A stretch of 64,000 nucleotides of DNA from an uncultured Thermodesulfobacteriota bacterium. Its GTDB lineage: Bacteria; Desulfobacterota; GWC2-55-46; JADFVP01. A program made the position numbers and the translations under genes. Under the pieces are notes generated by a model. It saw only the letters and a program-made list of their open reading frames with translations, did not search any database and had not been told where the DNA came from. Below are positions 1 through 8,521 of this stretch, in pieces (the first letter of the stretch is position 1; the number at the start of each line of letters is the position of its first letter). Where the stretch lies: the NCBI GenBank assembly GCA_964605225.1, contig CAZSAY010000003.1:1863-65862 (forward strand), given 5' to 3'.

Positions 1-553
1 GGACAAGTTTTATCTCCCTGTCAAGGGCGGGTAGCTCGAAGAGGCCCGCGACGTGTTCGATATAAGGGGGAATTATCTCAACGGAGCGCAGGTCTCCAAG
101 GGCGCCTGTCCATACCGGGGGGTTGGCGAAGACCTCTTTCAAGGCGGCCCCTATCTTTTGAATTTCAGCCCCGTGAATGGTCTCTTTACCGATACTAATC
201 TTAAAGCCGTTATACTCCGGGGGGTTGTGACTGCCCGTTATCATGAACCCGCCGTCAACGGTAAGGCTCTGCATGGAAAAATACTGCAGGGGTGTGGGGC
301 AGACACCGATGTCTATGACGTCTATGCCGCTCTCTTTCAGCCCCCGGACAAGGGCGTTTTTGAGGGGATCGGAGCTTACGCGGACGTCTCTACCCACGCT
401 TACGGTAATGGGGTCGGTGAGGAGTCCGGCCCCGCGCACATAGGCGGCGTAGGCTTTTCCTATGCCCTCGGCTATCTCATCTGTAAGGTCTTCCCCGTAG
501 ACGCCCCTTATATCGTATTCCCTGAATATGTGTTTCGGTACATTATGACTCAT
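1..553 (-). CDS. Phosphomannomutase/phosphoglucomutase (alpha-D-phosphohexomutase family), N-terminal part; the gene runs off the left edge
   Basis: My own minus-strand translation from the ATG at 553-551 gives MSHNVPKHIFREYDIRGVYGEDLT. The catalytic-serine loop MITGSHNP is encoded at 244-221. It is absent from the ORF track because no stop lies in the window. The + ORF 53..1129 is its antisense shadow. Confidence 0.8.
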   Translation of the reverse strand, partial: MSHNVPKHIFREYDIRGVYGEDLTDEIAEGIGKAYAAYVRGAGLLTDPITVSVGRDVRVSSDPLKNALVRGLKESGIDVIDIGVCPTPLQYFSMQSLTVDGGFMITGSHNPPEYNGFKISIGKETIHGAEIQKIGAALKEVFANPPVWTGALGDLRSVEIIPPYIEHVAGLFELPALDREIKLV

Positions 554-618
554 CTTCGTTCCTCACTTTTATTGTGGGTTAAAATCTTGGTAAAAATTAG
601 CGCATTGAGACGCGCTAA

Positions 619-1137
619 CTATCTCTTTCGTAGCTCGCTGAAGAAGTTTTTAAGCTGTGCGCCCGCCTCTTCGGCACGGACCCCCTTTGTTACGCTTATG
701 TTGTGGTTAAGCCTCTTATCCGATGATAGGTCGTATAAAGAGCCGCATGCCCCTGCCTTGGGGTCATCTGCCGCAAAGACGAGCCTCGGCACACGGGCGG
801 CAATAAGGGCCCCCATGCACATAAGGCAGGGCTCCAGCGTTACATACATAGTGGTCTCCGTAAGGCGCCACGCGGAGAGGGCCTTTGCCGCGTTTGTGAT
901 GGCCACTATCTCGCCGTGGAGCGTGGGGTCGCAGGAGGTTTCTTTTCTATTATATCCCCTTGCGATAACCTTGCCTTTCGCTGTAATTACGGCCCCTACG
1001 GGCACCTCGCCAAGATTTGCCGCCCGGGAGGCCTCAAAGAGGGCCTCGGCCATGAAGGCCCTGTCCGCCTCGGTTGCCTGCAGGAGAGCTTTCCCTTCGA
1101 AGGGCTTTAGAAGAGCGGGATTATTTTGAGATATCAT
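619..1137 (-). CDS. tadA: tRNA-specific adenosine deaminase
   Basis: CDA-fold zinc motifs H(G)E (TLHGEIVAI) and PCxxC (EPCLMCMGAL) are present. The length and GEVPVGAV segment are typical of TadA. The true start may be an internal Met. Confidence 0.85.
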   Translation of the reverse strand: MISQNNPALLKPFEGKALLQATEADRAFMAEALFEASRAANLGEVPVGAVITAKGKVIARGYNRKETSCDPTLHGEIVAITNAAKALSAWRLTETTMYVTLEPCLMCMGALIAARVPRLVFAADDPKAGACGSLYDLSSDKRLNHNISVTKGVRAEEAGAQLKNFFSELRKR

Positions 1138-1164
1138 AATATGACCTTTTCATATGTAATTACC

Positions 1165-1785
1165 TTATGCCTTTTTTTCAAGGCCTTTCATTATCACGAA
1201 GAGGGCCTTTGGTAGCGGTGTAAGGGTCCCCTGATATACCGTTTCATCTATGGATAAGATGTTGAAGCGCGGAGAAAATATCTTTTTTATCTCAGCGGGG
1301 CTGAAGCGGTAGGGACCTCCCTCCATGGTCTCTTTTATATTGAAGCATTTTAGAAAAAAGACACCTTTTGGTGCAATAAGCGAATGTATAATCTCTCTGT
1401 ATGATTCCCTTTCCAATGGCGGCAATGCGTGAAAGCACCCCCTGTCAAATATCACATCAAAGTCCGGGGTGACCTTGCTATGGAGGATATCGTCTACATA
1501 AAATCTTACGGAGAGACCCTTAATACGGGCCTTGTCGCGGCATAGCCTTATGGCCTCCGCTGATATATCCGTAGCCGTAACCTCAAAACCAAGGCCTGCG
1601 AGCGCCATGGCCTGTGTGCCGGGGCCCGTGCCGATGTCAAGGGCCCTGCCTGACCTTATCTTCATTTTCGAAAGCGCGGCCTCAAGGTCGGGGTCAAGTT
1701 CCGGGTAATACCAGGGCATCTTTTCTGTATCTGTATCAAAGTAAAATTTTTCCCACTCAATGGGTTCCATCATCTTCTCCTCCAT
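1165..1785 (-). CDS. Class I SAM-dependent methyltransferase
   Basis: SAM-binding motif I is present (ALDIGTGPGTQAMALA), followed by an acidic residue in VTATDIS. Substrate is unknown. Confidence 0.7.
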   Translation of the reverse strand: MEEKMMEPIEWEKFYFDTDTEKMPWYYPELDPDLEAALSKMKIRSGRALDIGTGPGTQAMALAGLGFEVTATDISAEAIRLCRDKARIKGLSVRFYVDDILHSKVTPDFDVIFDRGCFHALPPLERESYREIIHSLIAPKGVFFLKCFNIKETMEGGPYRFSPAEIKKIFSPRFNILSIDETVYQGTLTPLPKALFVIMKGLEKKA

Positions 1786-1898
1786 GATTGCGCCCTGCCG
1801 CAGGTAAGGGAGCGGTAATAATCACCAGAGGGGGCATTGACAGAAAAGGGCGCATAACGTAAAGTTATCATATAAATTTTATGATTTAAAGAGGGGAT

Positions 1899-2297
1899 AT
1901 GCCTGATTTTACCTTGAGAACCACAAAGAGGAACGAGCTTGTCTGTATAACGGAGGAGGTGGCCGCCTCCGTGAGAGATAGCGGCGTGCAGGAGGGGCTT
2001 GTTGTGGTCTTCTGCCCCCATACCACGGCGGGTATTACCATTAACGAGAACGCCGACCCTGATGTGGCCTCTGATATGGTGATGAAGCTCTCGAAGCTTA
2101 TAGAGCACAGGGACGCAGGGTATCGTCACGCTGAGGGCAACTCTGACAGCCACGTGAAGTCCACGCTCACAGGGGCCTCGGAGACAATAATAATCAGCGG
2201 CGGCAGGCTCAGGCTCGGAACGTGGCAGGGTGTATACTTCGCCGAGTTTGACGGCCCGAGAACGCGGCGCGTATATGTAAAGATAATGGCGGGCTGA
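1899..2297 (+). CDS. YjbQ/UPF0047 family protein (secondary thiamine-phosphate synthase-like)
   Basis: Family hallmarks are present: CPHTTAGITINENADPDV, NSDSHVKS, GTWQGVYFAEFDGPR. Confidence 0.85.
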   Translation: MPDFTLRTTKRNELVCITEEVAASVRDSGVQEGLVVVFCPHTTAGITINENADPDVASDMVMKLSKLIEHRDAGYRHAEGNSDSHVKSTLTGASETIIISGGRLRLGTWQGVYFAEFDGPRTRRVYVKIMAG

Positions 2298-2629
2298 GTT
2301 GGGGCAGGCGAGTTAAGGGCGTAAGGTGGTGATTTTTTCAAGTAATACTTATTGCCCTGTGATTTTAAGGCCCTATCATGTATAGTATGGCATTATAAAT
2401 AGGGCGAATTTAATGCCAGAGAACCTTGCCGGCCCTAATGGACTGGTAGGGGATAAAGAGGCAGGCGGGTTAAAGGCGGGTAAGGATTTCGTTCCCTGGA
2501 GCAGATACCCGTAATGCCTGCAGGCATAGGGGGCAAAAAGATAGAAAAGGCGTAAATAAGATTGGGGCGCGAGGGTTTTTTTATTAATAACTTCGTGGGG
2601 CGTAAAACGCAGGTTTATATATAACGGCC

Positions 2630-2697
2630 CTCTCCATTGATTGGTTTTTTACCCCACTTTCTTTTTTCCAAAAGGAAGTGGAAAGGTTTTTTTTAAA
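2630..2697 (+). repeat. Copy 1 of the dispersed intergenic repeat: CCATTGATTGGTTTT box plus a 12-bp A/T-rich hairpin and T-run
   Basis: The arm ccactttctttt (2654-2665) pairs with aaaaggaagtgg (2670-2681), with one G-U pair and loop ttcc. A T8 run follows at 2687-2694. The box and stem recur at 15716, 60584 and 60667. Confidence 0.7.
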
Positions 2698-2719
2698 TTC
2701 TTCAAGGAGATTTTTTCAG

Positions 2720-3907
2720 ATGTTGAGATCAAAGAAAATAATGGACGGAGTTTTCTGGGTAGGCGCCGTTGATTTTTCAAGGCGTCTCTTTGACGCGCTC
2801 GTGCCTCTGCCAGACGGCACGAGCTACAACGCCTACCTTGTAAAAGGCAGTGATAAGACGGCCCTTGTGGATACGGTGGACCCTTCCACTACGGACGCTC
2901 TCATGAATCATCTTGAAGACGTGGAGAGCCTGGACTACATTGTTGCAAACCACGCGGAACAGGATCATTCCGGGGCCATACCTGCCGTGCTTGAGAAGTA
3001 TAAAGAGGCGCGCGTCGTGGCCAATGAGAGGTGCAGGGGCCTGCTCATGGACCATCTTTCCATACCCGGAGATAGGTTTGAAGTTGTCAAGGACGGCGAG
3101 ACCATCGACCTTGGCGGCAAGACCCTTGAGTTCATATCCACGCCATGGGTGCACTGGCCGGAGACGATGTGCACATATCTGCGTGAGGGCGGCGTGCTCT
3201 TCAGCTGTGATCTCTTCGGCTCACATCTTGCCAGCGCCGAGCTCTACTCAACGCGCGAGGAGCGCGTCTACGAGGCCATAAAAAGGTACTACGCCGAGGT
3301 GATGATGCCCTTCAGGGTGATTATCAGAAAGCACCTCGACAAGCTCTCCGCCTTTGATATCTCCGTTATCGCCCCGAGCCACGGCCCCGTGCACAAAGAT
3401 ATTTCCTTTGTAATGGATACGCATCGCGAATGGGTATCCGATGAGCCCTCCAATACCGTTATCATCCCCTATGCCTCCATGCACGGGAGCACGGAGAGGA
3501 TGGTGGACCACCTTACCGAGGCGCTCTCGGAAGAGGGGATAAAGGTGGAGAGGTTTGATCTTGCCGTAGCCGATATAGGCAGATACGCCGTATCTCTTGT
3601 TGACGCGGCTACCATAGTCATGGCATCACCATGTTTTCTTACAGGCGTTCATCCTCTTGTGGCGAGCGCCGTTTTTCTTGCCAACGCCCTTAAGCCCAAG
3701 CTGAAGTTCGCTTCCATAATAGGCTCTTACGGCTGGGGTTCGAGAATGGTGCCTCAGCTCAAGGGCTTTATGTCCGGGCTCAAACTCGAATATATCGAAC
3801 CCGTAGAGGTTAAGGGAGAGCCTGGAGGCGCTGACCTCAGGGCCCTGGATGAGCTTGCCCATAATATCAAAGAGAAGCACCTGGAGGCGGGGCTCATAGA
3901 TGGCTAA
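2720..3907 (+). CDS. fprA: Flavodiiron protein (FprA-type O2/NO reductase: metallo-beta-lactamase-like domain plus flavodoxin domain)
   Basis: Di-iron motif HAEQDHSG. A C-terminal flavodoxin-like segment (IIPYASMHGSTERM) is present. I prefer the ATG at 2720 (AAGGAG 10 nt upstream) over the track start 2678, which lies inside the hairpin. Confidence 0.85.
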   Translation: MLRSKKIMDGVFWVGAVDFSRRLFDALVPLPDGTSYNAYLVKGSDKTALVDTVDPSTTDALMNHLEDVESLDYIVANHAEQDHSGAIPAVLEKYKEARVVANERCRGLLMDHLSIPGDRFEVVKDGETIDLGGKTLEFISTPWVHWPETMCTYLREGGVLFSCDLFGSHLASAELYSTREERVYEAIKRYYAEVMMPFRVIIRKHLDKLSAFDISVIAPSHGPVHKDISFVMDTHREWVSDEPSNTVIIPYASMHGSTERMVDHLTEALSEEGIKVERFDLAVADIGRYAVSLVDAATIVMASPCFLTGVHPLVASAVFLANALKPKLKFASIIGSYGWGSRMVPQLKGFMSGLKLEYIEPVEVKGEPGGADLRALDELAHNIKEKHLEAGLIDG

Positions 3908-4259
3908 GCCCCTGCCCGCAGGGTCTTCGCGCCCGATTTAAGTCTATTAAAGATTAGTATCCTGCCTTACCTTCGGGGTTAATTGCCCCGGGGCCACCCA
4001 CCCATGGCGTTACCACCTTTAAGCCGGAAGGGCTAATATGTGATATATGTCCTTTACAAAAGGTCCTTTCAGTAGTAATTTCAATAGGATTTTATCTTTA
4101 CCGGGGGTCTCCGGGGCCCGGTGTTGGAGGTGCGGGGTTTGGGAAGGCGCCTCTAATGTTCTTCTAATGGTGTGGCTCGTATCGTGCAAGTTTGTTTTAA
4201 TAAAGACAGTGGCCGGGGACTGGTTGAAAATAATAATTAAATATTAAGGAGAGGGAAAG

Positions 4260-5474
4260 ATGGGATGTGATAAGAAGCCTTTGTTTAATGCCCTTGCAGT
4301 CTTTGTAGGAATATTTATCATGACGGGCTTTTTTGGAGGCATGGCCTACGGAGCCGACGATATAGGCGGCTGGAAGTGGAGGGCTGAGGCGAGTACGGGT
4401 TTTGCCTATGACAGCAACGTATTCAAGCTCTCATCCACGCAGAGCGCCCGTTTTGACCAGAATCTCACAAAAGACCAGACAAGCGGACGCTTCAAGAACA
4501 TGGATTCTGTCGATGACTTTATCTTCACGCCGCGCATTCGGGCCTCTTTTAGTAGATCCGGCATCATGGGCGGAGAGTTCTCCGTAAGACCCTCCATCGC
4601 CTATAATGTATACGCTCAGAGTCAGGAAAAAAACTTTTTCAACTTTGGCCTTGACCTAAAACAGAACCTTGGAAAGCAGGGAAATATCGGACTGAAGTTG
4701 GCTTACGCCCCTAATATATTTAAAAAGAATTATCTCTCTGGCGCCAAGGACGCCGAGACTATAGGTTTTCCGGGTCATGGCATCTCAGGGAGTGAGAAGG
4801 TCTTTTCCCCGGCCCACTATGATAAGACAAGCGCGATCCTTAGCTACGGCAGGCGTCTATGGAAAAACCCCACCAATACAGGTTCCGGTCATATACTCGC
4901 CGGTTACGAGAACAGGAGCTTCGACGACCCCTTTACGGTCCGTACCGAGGACAGTCTCCTCGCGGGTTTTGATGTGGGTATGACCATTCATAAGAATACG
5001 AGCATTGTCCTAAACTATCTCTTCAAAAACATCGACACTACCGTGGGCACGGAGGTCCTCATACGTAATGAGACAAACTTCGGCGGTGTTGACTTCGATG
5101 GTGACGGTTTTATAGAGCCCATTAACACGGTCACGGAGCAGACAGTGGACCGCTCGCGCAACCAGAATACCGTGGGTGGAAAGGTCTCCACAAGGCTTAG
5201 AAAAGGCTGGAGGGGTTACGCAAAATATGAGGCTCGCTTTACCCATTATAAATCAGAAGAGCAGTTTGACGTAACGCGCCTTAACCGTACGGACACGCGT
5301 CAGAGGGTGGGTGTTGGCGTGAAGGGTCAGCTTGCCAAGAGGTGGTCCCTGACCCTCGGCTGGCTCCTAACTCACAACGCGGCCGCCCGTGACGGGCTCG
5401 CCCTCGTAGACAAGGCGGAAGCGAAATCCTATGACAAAAATGTCGTCTCGGCGATTATTTCTTACAGGTTATGA
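4260..5474 (+). CDS. Putative outer-membrane beta-barrel protein with signal peptide
   Basis: The N-terminal signal peptide ends in AYG/ADD. The body alternates amphipathic beta-strand-like segments rich in Y/G/N/T. No enzymatic motif is seen. The C-terminal residue is L rather than the usual F/W. Confidence 0.5.
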   Translation: MGCDKKPLFNALAVFVGIFIMTGFFGGMAYGADDIGGWKWRAEASTGFAYDSNVFKLSSTQSARFDQNLTKDQTSGRFKNMDSVDDFIFTPRIRASFSRSGIMGGEFSVRPSIAYNVYAQSQEKNFFNFGLDLKQNLGKQGNIGLKLAYAPNIFKKNYLSGAKDAETIGFPGHGISGSEKVFSPAHYDKTSAILSYGRRLWKNPTNTGSGHILAGYENRSFDDPFTVRTEDSLLAGFDVGMTIHKNTSIVLNYLFKNIDTTVGTEVLIRNETNFGGVDFDGDGFIEPINTVTEQTVDRSRNQNTVGGKVSTRLRKGWRGYAKYEARFTHYKSEEQFDVTRLNRTDTRQRVGVGVKGQLAKRWSLTLGWLLTHNAAARDGLALVDKAEAKSYDKNVVSAIISYRL

Positions 5475-5516
5475 GTTATTCCGTCCGAGTATATAGGGAC
5501 AGAGGGGAGGCGGGCG

Positions 5517-6635
5517 ATGGGCGCTGAAAAGAAGAGGATTCTCTTTACAGGTTACGCGCAGGTTCACTTCGTATGCTTTTTACCCGTGTATCAAGTGCTC
5601 GCAAAGGACCCTGACATTGATATCTTCCTCTCCGGCGGGTTTAAACGAAAAGAGGGCGATAGCGTCTCATACGAGCTCAAGGGTTTTTATGACCCCTTTC
5701 CCGTTGATAAGGACCATGTCATACCCCTTGAGCAGGTGCGGAGCGAGCACTATGACGTCCTCGTCTCGGCCCATCTCTCTGATTCACTCTTTCCCAAATC
5801 CGTCGGCAAAAAGGTGCAGATCTTTCACGGCGTCTCAATCAAAAACCTCGCCGTGCGCGCGAAGGCACTGCGTTACGACATGCTATGCATGCCGGGACGC
5901 TATCATGCCGAGCAGTACATGGAAAACGGTCTTATCCGCGATGACGGCACAGAGTGTTTTATTACGGGCTTTCCCAAGACCGACCCGCTCGTGGGGGGCG
6001 GATTCGATAGAGAGAGCCTTATTCGCGGCATGGGGCTTGACCCGTTGTTACCTACCATACTTTTTGCCCCCACCGGCGAAAAATATAACGCCCTTGATAC
6101 CATGGGCAAGGAAGTTGTGGAGGCCATCAGCAGGGTAGGGGCCTGGAATCTCCTTGTTAAACCCCATGACCATCCCAAAAAGGATATTGACTGGTTCACC
6201 GAGCTCGCCCCCTATGAGAGCACTCAGGTGCGCCTGGTGCGGGACAAAGACATCGCGCCATATCTCTTTGCCGCGGACCTTCTTATTACGGATATGTCCT
6301 CTGTGGCCGTAGAGTACACGCTTATGGACAGACCCATTATCTTTCTGGATATTCCAAGGCTAATGAGTCGGGTTGCAAAGCGCGCTCCGGCCCTGGACCT
6401 CAATACTTACGGCAGAAAGATAGGCCGCCTTGTCAGTACCCCTGATGGACTTGAGAGCGCTATAACCGATAGCCTCGCAAACCCCCATAGGGAGAGTGAG
6501 GTGAGAAGGCGCATGGCCTCCCATCTCTTTCACGCCCCGGGGCACGCCGCCGGCAATGTGGCCGCTGTGGTGCGTTACGCGGCGGGCCTCGAAGAGGCCC
6601 TGCCTGAATGCGTAGTGATATTGGATGCGCAGTAG
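5517..6635 (+). CDS. CDP-glycerol glycerophosphotransferase family protein (TagB/TagF-like)
   Basis: TagF-family landmarks are present: IFHGVSIK, GFPKTD, ILFAPTGE, KPHDHP, LITDMSSVAVEYTLMDRPIIF. Confidence 0.65.
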   Translation: MGAEKKRILFTGYAQVHFVCFLPVYQVLAKDPDIDIFLSGGFKRKEGDSVSYELKGFYDPFPVDKDHVIPLEQVRSEHYDVLVSAHLSDSLFPKSVGKKVQIFHGVSIKNLAVRAKALRYDMLCMPGRYHAEQYMENGLIRDDGTECFITGFPKTDPLVGGGFDRESLIRGMGLDPLLPTILFAPTGEKYNALDTMGKEVVEAISRVGAWNLLVKPHDHPKKDIDWFTELAPYESTQVRLVRDKDIAPYLFAADLLITDMSSVAVEYTLMDRPIIFLDIPRLMSRVAKRAPALDLNTYGRKIGRLVSTPDGLESAITDSLANPHRESEVRRRMASHLFHAPGHAAGNVAAVVRYAAGLEEALPECVVILDAQ

Positions 6636-6729
6636 CGGGTTAAGGCAGGTAAGATAATCCGTAGATGTTATTAAGGCTCCGGGCCTACCTCTTCAATACA
6701 ACCCTGTCAGTCTTAGATCAGCCGGATAT

Positions 6730-8484
6730 ATGAAGTGGAGCGAGAAGAAAAAGAATCGGGCCTTTGAGACCCTCTTAACCTACGGTGGGCGTCACAGCTT
6801 GTGGCTCTACAAGGGGGCGGCGGCTACGCTGGGCGTTGTTGTTTTTCGCCTGCTCATGCCCTGGCCGCTACGGGGCGTAATAGAGATAGTCTTTCCCAGG
6901 GGCTCCCATAAGGGCGCGATTATGGTGCATTATCTCCCCGGCTGGGGTAATCCCGTAATCATGCTGGCCCTGCTTTATCTCCTCTTTGCCATCGGCCTCG
7001 GTATATCAGAGATGTTTCAGCGTGTAAACTTCAAGAGGTTTTCCGCCTCTACCGCTCATGATATGCGCGCCGCGGCGGTTTACGGCGCAGGGACAATGCC
7101 GCTGCACAAGCGCACTGCCACGGGAGATATCGTGGCGCGCATCATCGGCGACAGCGCCCGCATCAAGGCCGGTCTCTCTGGCATAATGGTACACGGTCTA
7201 AAGAACGGCATGCTCTTTATCGCGGCCTGCGCCGTGATAACCTGGGTATCCATTGTCTTTGGGGTTATATTTTTTATATCGGGTCTTATAGCCATATATA
7301 TCGGGTTCTACATTAGCACGCCCGTGGCCGGAACTGCGAGCAAACTGCGGCGAAAGGAGGGGGTGTACGCCACGGCCCTTGCCGAGGGTCTTGACGCAGG
7401 GGTCATGGACCTCAAGATGGATGACATCAACTGGTCCAACGCCCGCAAAAGCGTGAGTATTACGAGGATGATAGCCCGTTCGTCCGTTTGTATTCATCTG
7501 GTTCTCGGCGCCTCGGTTTCCCTTGCCCTCGTGGTGGGGGCAAGGGGCGTGAAGGCGGGCACCATCGCCCCCGGGGACCTTTTCATATTTATCGCCTATG
7601 CCCTCACGCTGCATCGCCGCATGGTGCAGGTGGGTCGGCAGATAGCCCGTACAGGCAAGGTCCTGGCCTGCGCCGAGAGGATAGGGGCCTATGCCCGCTA
7701 TGCCCCGTCTGGAGACGGGGATGCCCATATGACAGATACTCCTTCAGGTCCCCTGCCGCTTGTAACGGGGCTTCGCCTTGAACGGGTCCGTCTTGATATG
7801 GGCCGCGGCAGGGAGGGGAAGCCAAGGCTACGCCGCACGGACCTCCTGCTTGAGCCGGGGAGCCGTGTCGTGGTAATGGGAAGCGTAGGTTCCGGCAAGA
7901 CGAGCCTTATGCATCTGCTCGCCGGCGTGGAGGTTCCCGACAGGGGAAGGGTTTACTGGGATGAAGAGAAGATACTTAAAAAAAATGGCGGCCTCTCATC
8001 GAGGGTGGGCTATCTGCCTCAGACCCCTGTCTTTCCCGCCGCCAGGGTATGGAATCATCTCGGCCTGGCCGACCCCGAGTCCCTGAGCCCTGAGGACGAG
8101 CAGACCCTGCGGCGTCTCGGGTCGTGGAAGATAATAGAGAGTTTCAAGAAGGGACTTGGGCAAAAGGTAGCCTCCAACTCCCTCTCAAGGAATGAGGCGC
8201 GGCTCCTTCGTCTTGCCGGTATCCTTCTCTCTGATACCTCGCCTGTCTGGGTGCTTGATAACCCTCTTGGCGGCCTTAGCGGCGCAAAGGCCCGCCAGTG
8301 TCTTGATGAGATTATCATGCGGGCCTCTCATCGTCTTCTCGTCGTGGCCCTGCCGAACCAGCGTCATGCCATGCGTTTCGAGAGACTGCTCTATCTGAAT
8401 AAAGGTAAAATTCGTTTCGATGGTCCGCCATCGGAGTTCGATGAATGGAAGTCTAATAAGGACAAAGAGAAACAACCGGTATAA
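6730..8484 (+). CDS. Fused ABC transporter permease/ATP-binding protein (exporter type) with a degenerate NBD
   Basis: The N-terminal half is hydrophobic with multiple TM segments. Walker A is GSVGSGKTS and the Q-loop is LPQTP. The signature motif reads LSRNE (not LSGGQ) and Walker B reads VWVLDNP (Asn in place of the catalytic Glu). Confidence 0.75.
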   Translation: MKWSEKKKNRAFETLLTYGGRHSLWLYKGAAATLGVVVFRLLMPWPLRGVIEIVFPRGSHKGAIMVHYLPGWGNPVIMLALLYLLFAIGLGISEMFQRVNFKRFSASTAHDMRAAAVYGAGTMPLHKRTATGDIVARIIGDSARIKAGLSGIMVHGLKNGMLFIAACAVITWVSIVFGVIFFISGLIAIYIGFYISTPVAGTASKLRRKEGVYATALAEGLDAGVMDLKMDDINWSNARKSVSITRMIARSSVCIHLVLGASVSLALVVGARGVKAGTIAPGDLFIFIAYALTLHRRMVQVGRQIARTGKVLACAERIGAYARYAPSGDGDAHMTDTPSGPLPLVTGLRLERVRLDMGRGREGKPRLRRTDLLLEPGSRVVVMGSVGSGKTSLMHLLAGVEVPDRGRVYWDEEKILKKNGGLSSRVGYLPQTPVFPAARVWNHLGLADPESLSPEDEQTLRRLGSWKIIESFKKGLGQKVASNSLSRNEARLLRLAGILLSDTSPVWVLDNPLGGLSGAKARQCLDEIIMRASHRLLVVALPNQRHAMRFERLLYLNKGKIRFDGPPSEFDEWKSNKDKEKQPV

Positions 8485-8521
8485 TCTATATGCTTTTTTT
8501 ACTTGATAAAGGACATTAATC

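Noticed and set aside
53-1129. 358-aa + strand ORF spanning the first kilobase
   Set aside because: It lies antisense to two well-supported minus-strand genes (phosphohexomutase with TGSHNP, and tadA with HxE/PCxxC). It has no recognisable motif. It is a shadow ORF.
1770-2153. 127-aa minus-strand ORF
   Set aside because: It overlaps the well-supported YjbQ-family gene on the + strand and the methyltransferase 5' end. It has no motif.
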